Virus record (IMG/VR): IMGVR_UViG_3300044769_000034
Coordinates: 1 to 33,699 of that record
DNA: 33,699 nt
Source of the DNA: a virus
Lineage: Duplodnaviria > Caudoviricetes
Direction: 5' to 3' (one strand)
Numbering within the stretch: the first letter of the stretch is position 1; every line of letters begins with the position of its first letter. The notes beneath the pieces were generated by a model, which worked only from the letters and a program-made list of their open reading frames with translations, was not told the DNA's origin and did no database searches. Positions 6,601-14,779 of the stretch are shown here, in pieces. Made by a program: the position numbers and the translations under genes.

Positions 6601-8876
6601 TATGCCGCTACTTCCAAATTCACTGGATCAGCCGCATCCAGAGGTAAATATCGCCGCGAAACGAGAATCTCTTTCGGCGAACTCTCCATCCAATAATTCT
6701 TCATCAACACGTCGGTGATCTGCTTGGCCTTGCTCGCCGTCATGACGATTGGTACGTCGACGGTGAGGGTTTGCTTGCTCTCACTGGTAAGCCGCGCCGA
6801 ATACGCTTGGCCGGTCTGATAGCTCGCGTCCTGATCTTTGTAGCGGCAATGCACGCGCACCGGCAATTCGGTTTCCTCGCCGCGCGTTTCCGCGATGAGA
6901 TCGGGCAACTCCACATCGAGCGATGGCCGGGCTGCCATGTCGGCTTCGGGAATCGTCGCCACGGCATCATGGCCGCGTTTGGGAAATTGTAAAATGAGAT
7001 CGCTTTCTCTGCCGTCGAAAAATCCGTAGCGTTGCAAAGGCAACAGAGCGTCGCGGCCGGTCATCTGCTGGTCGAGAGTATAACCGCGAACGCAATCGGT
7101 GAGCTCGTGAACATCGATGTCCCGTTCTTCCAAACCTTCAGCTAAACAAATATCCCGAACGATCTTCCAGAGAGGGCAGCAAAAACCTTCGTTGCCCCGC
7201 GTCCACACGCGGATATTGGCATCGTAAGAGCCCCAAGCGCCGAAGCTGCCGGAGTACCAAACCCCACCGCGCACGTAGAGCGCTCCGGCGCCGATGCCTT
7301 GCGGTGCAAGCGCTTCTCCGAGTACGGTCAATTCTCCATCGGCATATTGGGAAAAGATTGAGCCAACTTCGCTATGGCCGATGAATTGTATCGAGTTGTC
7401 GTTGGTTACGAAAAATGCTTCGAGTTCGCTTTGTCCGGTGATGATGCTGTTATGAATACCGAGATCGATATCGTCTAACAACACCAGCGTATCGAGATCG
7501 AACTTTAATAGCCGTTCGCTGTCGCCGTGGCCCTTGTGGAAAACCCAAAGACAATCGTCGCCGACGCAACACTGTTGCGTAAAGCCAAAGCTGTATAATT
7601 CCGCAGGGTCGGCAGCGGCAAGGAACGCGCCCGTATCGGCATTGTATTTGTACAATCCCTGATCGCCGAACCATGCTCCCTCGCCGAGAAAATAAATGAA
7701 CTCACCCTTCTTCGCGAAGAAAGTACCGGGAACTCCCCCTTCGTATCCTGCTGGCAAAACAAAAGTAGTGATCGGCTTGCCTGGACGCAGCAACCATTTG
7801 ACGCCGGCTGTGCCGAGGACCGAACAATGCTCATCTGCGATGCCAGGACTAAAACCACCGCCAAGAAATGATGGATCGACAAGTCCCGCGGGCGGTCGTT
7901 CTTCCGGAATGATGTCGCCGTTGGCCAGTAGGCGTAAGGCACGAATGCCAAGCTCTCCGTCTGCTGTGATCGTTGTATAGTTGATACCCTGGAGTCCTGT
8001 CATCAAAACGATTTCACCGTTAGGATCAACGTAAGACCACGACGCCTGCTTGGCCGCACCTGGCGGTGCGTAATCATTGACCGCATAAAATTCTTTCTGC
8101 GCGAACTCCTCATCGCCGTCGGTGAAGCATTCAAATGAAAACTGTGGGAACACGCCGCCGTAATCTGTTACGTCGAAGCGATTGAACACCGCAAGAAATT
8201 GATTGCGGTAAGCCGATGTATTGCCGACACCGGAAAGCGCTTCTATTAGTGCGGGCGGCTCTTGGTCTTCGTTACCATCATAAAAAGTAACAGTACCGTT
8301 GTGTCTACCTTCAAGTTCAATGGATGTTCCAATGATGGATTCGAGGGTCGCCGTTTTGCTGTTATCGTAAATGAGTTTCGGGCCTGCCCAGATACGGATG
8401 ACCCCGCGACAATTCGACGAGCCGTTGATGCTGATCGCGCAATCGCCCTCATAAGTATAGGTCTCTGCGCCGCTACCACCCTTGCCTTTGCCACCAACTG
8501 TTTTCGTGTGCTCGCGGACGCCTCGTCCGCCCTTGCCGTCGTCGCCTATCCAAATCAATTCTCCGGCCATGCGGTCGACGCCCCAAAATCTCTTGATAGG
8601 AGTACCGAACGCTGCCGACTGGATATGAACGTCCTTCAATCGCGGGCCGGAGATCGACTGGCCGCCTTGGAACATGGAGGATAGAGTCGAGCCAATCGAC
8701 CATGCGAGCGAAGCGGTATTCATGATCGCGCCAAACGAAAATGCTGCCGACGCTCCTACAGTCGCGCCGAAGGCCGTCGTAGCGGCTGACGTGGCAGCGG
8801 TAACCCCGATTATAGTCGTACTGGTAGCTGCGGCTCCAGTAGCTGCTCCACCCGCGATAACGGCGGCAAACGTCAT
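6600..8876 (-). CDS. Megatron/Phage-tail_3-like tail tip protein, N-terminal part
   Basis: GPRLKD..IQSAAFGTPI..FWG..RMAGELIW, GGKG, IRIWAG..LIYD, FYDG.EDQ.P, SAYR, DYG..FPQFSFE, later GY.LD..MTGRDALLPL, RGEETELP, YKD...YQ, LPLDAADPV. There is no TIM-barrel segment. Confidence 0.8.
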   Translation of the reverse strand: MTFAAVIAGGAATGAAATSTTIIGVTAATSAATTAFGATVGASAAFSFGAIMNTASLAWSIGSTLSSMFQGGQSISGPRLKDVHIQSAAFGTPIKRFWGVDRMAGELIWIGDDGKGGRGVREHTKTVGGKGKGGSGAETYTYEGDCAISINGSSNCRGVIRIWAGPKLIYDNSKTATLESIIGTSIELEGRHNGTVTFYDGNEDQEPPALIEALSGVGNTSAYRNQFLAVFNRFDVTDYGGVFPQFSFECFTDGDEEFAQKEFYAVNDYAPPGAAKQASWSYVDPNGEIVLMTGLQGINYTTITADGELGIRALRLLANGDIIPEERPPAGLVDPSFLGGGFSPGIADEHCSVLGTAGVKWLLRPGKPITTFVLPAGYEGGVPGTFFAKKGEFIYFLGEGAWFGDQGLYKYNADTGAFLAAADPAELYSFGFTQQCCVGDDCLWVFHKGHGDSERLLKFDLDTLVLLDDIDLGIHNSIITGQSELEAFFVTNDNSIQFIGHSEVGSIFSQYADGELTVLGEALAPQGIGAGALYVRGGVWYSGSFGAWGSYDANIRVWTRGNEGFCCPLWKIVRDICLAEGLEERDIDVHELTDCVRGYTLDQQMTGRDALLPLQRYGFFDGRESDLILQFPKRGHDAVATIPEADMAARPSLDVELPDLIAETRGEETELPVRVHCRYKDQDASYQTGQAYSARLTSESKQTLTVDVPIVMTASKAKQITDVLMKNYWMESSPKEILVSRRYLPLDAADPVNLEVAA

Positions 8877-9436
8877 TCAGGTTCTCCGATTCGAAGGTTT
8901 TCTACACTCGATATCAAACCAATCTCTTCATAGTTTTTGGCGATTAGCTCGTCTTCTATCTTGTCGAGATTCTCCTCACCGCAGTATTTAGTTAGATGGA
9001 CGGTCGTCCAAATTGTATCTTCTTCCGCATATACGGCGCGCTTGAGACCAACTTCCGAGATGAACGTGCATGGCGCTTCAAAGTATTTTTTGCCGAACTC
9101 GGTATTGACCGAAACTTTTCCCTTGAGAATAAAGTTCAAATGTCGGTGCTTGTGAATCTTGCCGATAGCCAAGGCGCCTTTGGGTAAAAAGATTTCACGC
9201 GCATAGGTATAACAGCCATACTTCTCATCAAGCGGAGTCCATCGATGTGTCAGCGGCGCGCGGTCGCTCCAATCTTCTAGCAAGCCGCTGGCGATTCGTT
9301 CTTTAGTTTCTTCCTGGGCTTTCAAAATGCTTTGACGGAATTGAATTTTCTGCGGAGTGTTTTCCGGTTCCGGTGATGCGGCTGCGCCGAGTTCTGCGGC
9401 TGCGAGTGGGCCGGCGAGTGCGAGGAGTAAAGTCAT
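8873..9436 (-). CDS. Cupin-fold-like phage protein
   Basis: YAREIFLPKGALAIGKIHKHRHLNFILKGKVSV...APCTFIS..GLKRAVYAEEDTIWTTVH is a double-stranded beta-helix pattern with HxHxH. ATGA overlap with the next gene. Confidence 0.65.
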   Translation of the reverse strand: MTLLLALAGPLAAAELGAAASPEPENTPQKIQFRQSILKAQEETKERIASGLLEDWSDRAPLTHRWTPLDEKYGCYTYAREIFLPKGALAIGKIHKHRHLNFILKGKVSVNTEFGKKYFEAPCTFISEVGLKRAVYAEEDTIWTTVHLTKYCGEENLDKIEDELIAKNYEEIGLISSVENLRIGEPE

Positions 9437-9439
9437 TTT

Positions 9440-9862
9440 TTAGTCGCTTAATCCCTTGAACCGATAAACTGCGACAATGTGATTCATGACCGTTTCATCG
9501 ATAGGCAATTCTTCTACAAACTTACCGTTGACTGCATGGATCAAAGTATTGCGCTCGCTGACGATACCTATGTGCTGTGCTCTGGATCTTGCGCGCATCC
9601 AGGGAATATCCGCTGGCCGCATTTCCGTTTTGGGAATGCGAATATAAAGCTTATCGAGTGCAGCTTTCATTCGGATGGGGTCGGGATTGCGACCATAGTC
9701 GGTTCGATTAGCATCATCTGAAGAAACACAGCCTTTAGACTCCCCAACTTTGTTGACCATGCCGGCACAATCGGCGGCCACGCCTTTGAGCCTGCCCTGA
9801 TGAACAAAGCGCGTGCCTTTCCATGAGCGGGCTTCGGCGATTATTTCAGCTCGGGTTGTCAT
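9440..9862 (-). CDS. NlpC/P60 family tail-associated peptidase
   Basis: AEARSWKGTRFVHQGR..G..DCAGMV, QHIGI and LIHA give a Cys-His-His triad. Canonical position between hub and megatron. Confidence 0.9.
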   Translation of the reverse strand: MTTRAEIIAEARSWKGTRFVHQGRLKGVAADCAGMVNKVGESKGCVSSDDANRTDYGRNPDPIRMKAALDKLYIRIPKTEMRPADIPWMRARSRAQHIGIVSERNTLIHAVNGKFVEELPIDETVMNHIVAVYRFKGLSD

Positions 9863-10422
9863 CTGGGCGCATTCTCAAAGTATAAATCGTAAATGGTGCT
9901 AAGTTTTCTTTCGGCTTCCGGTTCAATCCATACCGAATTAGTCTGCTTTAAAAGTCGCCGATGTTTTGCGGATACCGGTTGACCCTGCCAATTTAAACCC
10001 GCTGATGTTGGCGCCACCCCATTCTTCCATTCCTGCAAGCTCAAGAAGCTCCCGCCGTTCGGCACGTCGCCAACGCCATGCCAGTCGGTCGCATCAACGC
10101 GGTAGCGAGCGCCGCGATTCATGCCCGCGCCGCCATTCCCAAATCCCATGCCAGAAGCGCCGCGGGAGACATCCACGCCGTTGACGATGAGCGGCACATG
10201 CGTTGACAGAATGAACTCGTAACTATCAACATCGGGGTGTCGGTGTTGTCTAGGAAATCCCATGCCAGCTCTAAGAATAAACTGCTCGGCTTGCCATCTG
10301 GCGTCTCGATAAAGCACCAGTGAAATGACTGAACCATAGTCAAAAGTCTCCAAGACGCTAAGGTGCGCGAAGTCCTGCTGTAGGATGAAATCGACAAAGT
10401 CTTTGAGGCCATTGCGCTTCAT
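9859..10422 (-). CDS. Cupin-fold-like hypothetical protein
   Basis: HRHPDVDSYE plus distal DWHG fit the cupin metal-binding pattern (HxH...E, H). ATGA overlaps on both sides. Confidence 0.55.
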   Translation of the reverse strand: MKRNGLKDFVDFILQQDFAHLSVLETFDYGSVISLVLYRDARWQAEQFILRAGMGFPRQHRHPDVDSYEFILSTHVPLIVNGVDVSRGASGMGFGNGGAGMNRGARYRVDATDWHGVGDVPNGGSFLSLQEWKNGVAPTSAGLNWQGQPVSAKHRRLLKQTNSVWIEPEAERKLSTIYDLYFENAPR

Positions 10423-13247
10423 GCCGTAGGCCGATCCGGACTAAGGTTCGCGATGTCCATGCCGGGAATTTCATCCTCGGCTCTCCTATTTCTAATATTG
10501 TCGAACTTGCGTTTGCACATTTCTTTTGACAAGTCGCAGCCCGCGCTGACGACATATTCGTCGCCGACTACGATATCGAAAGGCATGCGTTCAAATAGTT
10601 CAAAATCTCCTGGCCCGCTGAGGATATCGCCGTCAACCGTGGCGTCCTCGATATCCTGCGCGACTTCGATCTCGGTTACGTCATCTCCCATGTTGTAAGT
10701 GACGCTAACGATATCGTAGCTGCCATCGTTGCCGGTGGAGTTAGTGACGGGGAATTGCTGGCCGACCGAGAAGAAATCAGTCTGATCGCCTTCAACCATG
10801 AACAGATTGGCGCCGTCGTCAACGTCGACGATGGTGTATTTCGCAAGCCTAAAATCCTGCACTTCTTTGGTGATTCCTTTGTTCAAGCCGGTTAAGAAAG
10901 TAAGCTTGCCGTAGGAGAAAAACCCTGTCGGTATAGTGAGCGGTGCGGTTATAGCTCCGCTGATATCATCGTCCGGTATAGACTCGCTTACCGTAATGCG
11001 CGTGCGGTCGCCGGTAAAACTCGCGATCGTGGTTGTATACGTGCCGTCGTTGCCGATCGAACCGTTGATAGTGAAAGTTGTTCCCGTCGTGAAATAGCTG
11101 GCGATATCGCCATCGACTTCAAACCATTTGGCGCCTTGGTCGAGCGCTCGGATAGCATATTGCGCGGTCCCGGTATTGACACCGAGGCCAGTAACAGCCG
11201 GTTCATTGCGGGCTGCGTCCTTGAAGAATCTCTTATTCCATGCTTGCGTAACGCTACCAAAAACAGATAGTGCCTGTTCTGTAATCCATTCCGCTGTTCC
11301 GCCGAACTCATCAACAGTAGTTGCGCCGATGGTTAGGTTCCAATTAGGTTCGGTAAATCCGGAAGTACCGGCAACTGAGCAACGAAAATGGCGTCCGTTA
11401 TAAACGTTCGGCTTGACTACTGAGCCCTCGGCCGCGTCGTAGAGCGGACGAACGGTATACGCCGTTAGCGAGCGCCAGAACGGCGGATCGAGTCGCACGC
11501 CACAGCCGAAGCCTGACACCCGATAATCCGTGATATCGTCACCGATCTGTGCACGGCAGATTTTTGAATAAAGGTCGCCGATGGTCTGCTGCAAGTAAAT
11601 TGTCTTGCCGCGCAGCTCCGCAACGTAGGTGCCGCGCTTCATTTTCATCTGGCCGATGTTGCCGCTGCCTGGGAGGATCAAGCGGCTTTCGGGATTTTCA
11701 TAATTGACGAAAAAGATTTCCGCCTTGGCATGATCGAAGCGGCCGACTTGCAAGTCCTCATTCGACAAACCTTGAATCAAAAGCCCTTGCGCTAGCGCGC
11801 GCACCTTGTCGACCATAAGCCCTTCGATTTCCAGATTGTCGACGCTGAGATCGGCGCCAGCCTTTATGCTTCGCGGCATGTAGCCGACCGTCGCACGGTA
11901 GAGCAGGCCCGCCGCGAACTCGCCAACCGCCTGCTGTGCGGTGCTGGATCCGTTGACGTTGTACGCTTGCACTGTGACGAGGCTTTGTCCTGGCGGCAAA
12001 GACGCCATGCCGGTAGGCGGCAAGCCTTCGCCAACGCCGGGTATATCAACCGTGTCGCCGTCCGTATCCCATTCCACGGTTCCTGAGTCTCCCGGTGGAA
12101 TCGGATTCGGCGTAACTACAACATCGATAACGGGCAACGTTTCGAGCCCGCGTTCGTAGGCGCCGGCGTCCGGTGCCGCGCCAGTATAAGCTAGGCCGTC
12201 AATCGGCGTGCCGATGTCAATGGCTGGACTGCCGGCCTGCAAGGTGAAATCTTCGCCGCCTGGATTGGTAAACAGGGGATCGACGCCAATCAGATTATTC
12301 GATTGATCCAAAGCGACCGGAGCGCCTAAACCGTTGGCGCCGGTGAAGTCAGTATCTTGACCGTTGCCGTACGCGATATTGTTTTTGATTACAGCGCTGC
12401 GACTACCTTGTGCGTCGATACCGATCCACGAACAATCGTAAACGGTATTGTTATAGGCTTGATTCCCAGAGCCGACAACGCTAATACCGATACCGCCGTC
12501 ACTGGAGAGCCCTTGTCCATCATAGACGAGATTTTGATAGCATTTGGTTCCGGTGCCGCTGGTAATGAGAATCCCGCTTCCTACGGTCGAGAGTTTAGCG
12601 AAGTCGTGAACAATATTGCGACGGACAATGTTGTTGCTTGGCAGCGGATGCTCTTGGCTATACTGATGGATTCCAAAACCGGGGATATCGTGAATATGAT
12701 TATCTTCGATAATACTTTCGCTCCCAGTAAAATAAATCGCGTGGTTGCGGCCTGCGTTATTGGCCGCTGTCACAAAATCACCACCGTGGATATGATTGGC
12801 TTTAATTTGAATGTCTTTGGCAAACGCAGCGACGTAGATCGCATTCTCGCTATCCGTATTGATTAACTCACAATTTTGAATACAGATTGACGACGGCGCC
12901 GAATCGGCGGCACTAAAAGAAACCTGATCGCTGGTTAAGTTTTGACCGTCGAGAATGAAACCGTCAATGATACTGAAAAACGCCAAGCTAGTAGGTTCAT
13001 AAACCCTGATATTATTCTCGCCGGTGTTTCTGATCGTGGCCGCGTTGCCCGCCGCAACCCGCAACGTAAACGGATGCGCCCATGAAGTACCGGAAGGCAA
13101 CGTGTTTAAAATGCCTTCGAGATAGGTGCCGTTGTAGACTTCAACGATGTCATCGGCGCCTGCTCCCGGCGTAGTGCCGATGGCGGCCAGCGCCGCCGCT
13201 ATGGTGGTATGATCGCCGCCGCCGGCTTGTTTGACTGTAAGAAACAT
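10419..13247 (-). CDS. Baseplate hub (DUF2163/BR0599-like) C-terminal part fused behind a right-handed beta-helix plus Ig-like domain
   Basis: aa 1-~365 beta-helix (TVKQAGGGDHTTIAAAL, IEDNHIHD, YNNTVY, IKNNI, DPLF, DFTLQAGSPAIDIG, APDAGAYE). From aa ~446: GLLYRA..GY....I..GADLSVDNLEIEG, DLQVGRFDHA..EIFFVNY, AELRG....LQQ.IG..YS..CRA.IGD, and terminal AGCD....C..KFDN..N......IPG.D. Confidence 0.85.
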   Translation of the reverse strand: MFLTVKQAGGGDHTTIAAALAAIGTTPGAGADDIVEVYNGTYLEGILNTLPSGTSWAHPFTLRVAAGNAATIRNTGENNIRVYEPTSLAFFSIIDGFILDGQNLTSDQVSFSAADSAPSSICIQNCELINTDSENAIYVAAFAKDIQIKANHIHGGDFVTAANNAGRNHAIYFTGSESIIEDNHIHDIPGFGIHQYSQEHPLPSNNIVRRNIVHDFAKLSTVGSGILITSGTGTKCYQNLVYDGQGLSSDGGIGISVVGSGNQAYNNTVYDCSWIGIDAQGSRSAVIKNNIAYGNGQDTDFTGANGLGAPVALDQSNNLIGVDPLFTNPGGEDFTLQAGSPAIDIGTPIDGLAYTGAAPDAGAYERGLETLPVIDVVVTPNPIPPGDSGTVEWDTDGDTVDIPGVGEGLPPTGMASLPPGQSLVTVQAYNVNGSSTAQQAVGEFAAGLLYRATVGYMPRSIKAGADLSVDNLEIEGLMVDKVRALAQGLLIQGLSNEDLQVGRFDHAKAEIFFVNYENPESRLILPGSGNIGQMKMKRGTYVAELRGKTIYLQQTIGDLYSKICRAQIGDDITDYRVSGFGCGVRLDPPFWRSLTAYTVRPLYDAAEGSVVKPNVYNGRHFRCSVAGTSGFTEPNWNLTIGATTVDEFGGTAEWITEQALSVFGSVTQAWNKRFFKDAARNEPAVTGLGVNTGTAQYAIRALDQGAKWFEVDGDIASYFTTGTTFTINGSIGNDGTYTTTIASFTGDRTRITVSESIPDDDISGAITAPLTIPTGFFSYGKLTFLTGLNKGITKEVQDFRLAKYTIVDVDDGANLFMVEGDQTDFFSVGQQFPVTNSTGNDGSYDIVSVTYNMGDDVTEIEVAQDIEDATVDGDILSGPGDFELFERMPFDIVVGDEYVVSAGCDLSKEMCKRKFDNIRNRRAEDEIPGMDIANLSPDRPTA

Positions 13248-13610
13248 TTAAAAATCCAAAGTGAGATCGCGCACAAACTGAGTGAAGGCGATAACCTTAC
13301 GTGCTTCACCCTTGCCTTCGTAAGGCGGAAACGCGCTGGCATCGACATTGATTTGAAATTGGTAATCGTTAAGACGGAGAATCGTAAATTCCTGATGATT
13401 CAGCGCCGTCATGCCGCGTACGCCAACAATCCTGATCGTGTCGCCATCGATGTAATCGTGCGCCCATAGGGTTTCGACGACGCAGGGATTGAGTTGATAG
13501 ATGCGCAAAATCTGCGGCTGATACTTCGTAAGAATCAGCTTCACGCACATCGCCAGCGTGGTGCATTCCTGATCGATATGTTGCGCTAGCGCGGCGGATG
13601 TTGCTTTCAT
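13248..13610 (-). CDS. Baseplate hub (DUF2163) N-terminal fragment with inserted FCCH-like beta domain
   Basis: The real start is probably ATG 13610 (ATGA overlap with the Dit stop). MKATSAALAQHIDQECTTLAMCVKL...AFTQFVRDLTLD matches the DUF2163 N-terminus (MK..S.AL.AHL....TTLA.CW...GFTDHDRDL). Confidence 0.8.
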   Translation of the reverse strand: MKATSAALAQHIDQECTTLAMCVKLILTKYQPQILRIYQLNPCVVETLWAHDYIDGDTIRIVGVRGMTALNHQEFTILRLNDYQFQINVDASAFPPYEGKGEARKVIAFTQFVRDLTLDF

Positions 13611-14779
13611 TGTGTGTAAGGATCGACCCTTAATTCGATCACCGGCAGGTCGAGTCCCGCCGCTTCCCATGCTTCAAAAGTACTCGGTAGATTGTTCTGG
13701 TTGAAACGTACCGGCAGGTCGTAGACGAAACCCGCCGTGACTCTCTCTGCGACAGCGAACGTGCCGCCGCTGGTGTAGGTGCTCATCTCTAAGGTTGCTT
13801 CGTTGATGCGAAACTGCGTCGATGAAACTATCTCCATGACTGTCGTCTCAACGGCATTGAGTTGCGTCATGCCTCCAATGCTGGCAAATACGCCAACGTC
13901 GCCAGCGACTAGATTGTGCGGCGCACTAGTAGTCACTAGGCCACGCGCATGTTTAGTGATCGCCGTAACGCTAACTGTGAAAGCTAGACTCTGCCGGCGC
14001 GTATTGATCTGGCCGCCAGATGTGTAGGTTCCCAAGCCTGTCGAGTTGATCGCTACAGTAAACTGAGTCGCGCTGTCGATCAGCGTCACTAGCCCGCGCT
14101 TGCCATTAATTCCGGTCATTCCTGAAACGCTACCAATGTGCACGGAATCGTTGACGGATAGGCCGTGATTCGTTGTCGTGGTGATCTTTGCCGAAGCGGC
14201 GCTAGTAATGGCGCCGATTGTCTTTTGAATATTAGCCGACAGTGTTACCCGCCCGACTGTCTCATGTCCCTCGCGTGCGTAGCGCGTCGGCACGTAGAGC
14301 AGGTCATAACGGTTACTCGGAATCGTAATCCCTTGAATAGCGACTGCAACGGTATCGAGCTGCGGTTTGGTAACCGGCTTAGTTGTCGCCAGCCATCCCC
14401 ATCTATAAGTTTTGCACAACTGAAAAATATCCTGTGTCGTTGTATCGTTGCTAATTACTTGATCGGTAGCGGCAATCGGGTCTTTAGTATCACCCTCTGG
14501 CCCAGCCGACGTAATCATGACGCTTTTATAATCGCGCCAGTCGCGCATGCGAAGGCCGTGGAAGGGCCCGCGGATCGCCTTGAAAATCTCATCAACCAAG
14601 CTGACCTTGTCTAAAGTACGCAAGCCGTAGCCGATCATAAATTCACTGCGATATTGGCCGTCCCAGTAATCATTGCGCTGCTCGTGGCCGCCTTCGAGAA
14701 TTGCGGATTCGACGTTCATGCCTGGACCGCCGGGCTTTTGAAAACTGTGATCTGTCGGAAATAGTTTCTCGACAAACAT
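13607..14779 (-). CDS. Distal tail protein (DUF2460/TIGR02217-like) with two inserted FCCH-like domains
   Basis: FP...SF...GGP, GHEQRN..W, RGPFHGLRMRDWRDYKS, FQLCKTY, VTKP and VTAGFVYDLPVRF...LPVIELRV. Two inserted ITxxxxxxxTT..H.L..GD......GMT.(I/L)N...TYTSGG modules. Confidence 0.88.
   Translation of the reverse strand: MFVEKLFPTDHSFQKPGGPGMNVESAILEGGHEQRNDYWDGQYRSEFMIGYGLRTLDKVSLVDEIFKAIRGPFHGLRMRDWRDYKSVMITSAGPEGDTKDPIAATDQVISNDTTTQDIFQLCKTYRWGWLATTKPVTKPQLDTVAVAIQGITIPSNRYDLLYVPTRYAREGHETVGRVTLSANIQKTIGAITSAASAKITTTTNHGLSVNDSVHIGSVSGMTGINGKRGLVTLIDSATQFTVAINSTGLGTYTSGGQINTRRQSLAFTVSVTAITKHARGLVTTSAPHNLVAGDVGVFASIGGMTQLNAVETTVMEIVSSTQFRINEATLEMSTYTSGGTFAVAERVTAGFVYDLPVRFNQNNLPSTFEAWEAAGLDLPVIELRVDPYTQ

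Noticed and set aside
11910-13247. Hub insertion as an intein or self-splicing intron
   Set aside because: There is no C/S...HN intein terminus or endonuclease motif, the insert is an ordinary beta-helix coding sequence, and no intron core was recognised.
13248-13250. Genome-wide stop-codon reassignment explaining the in-frame TAA
   Set aside because: TAA, TGA and TAG all end conserved genes at expected positions (terL, capsid, portal, HNH), so the standard code fits.
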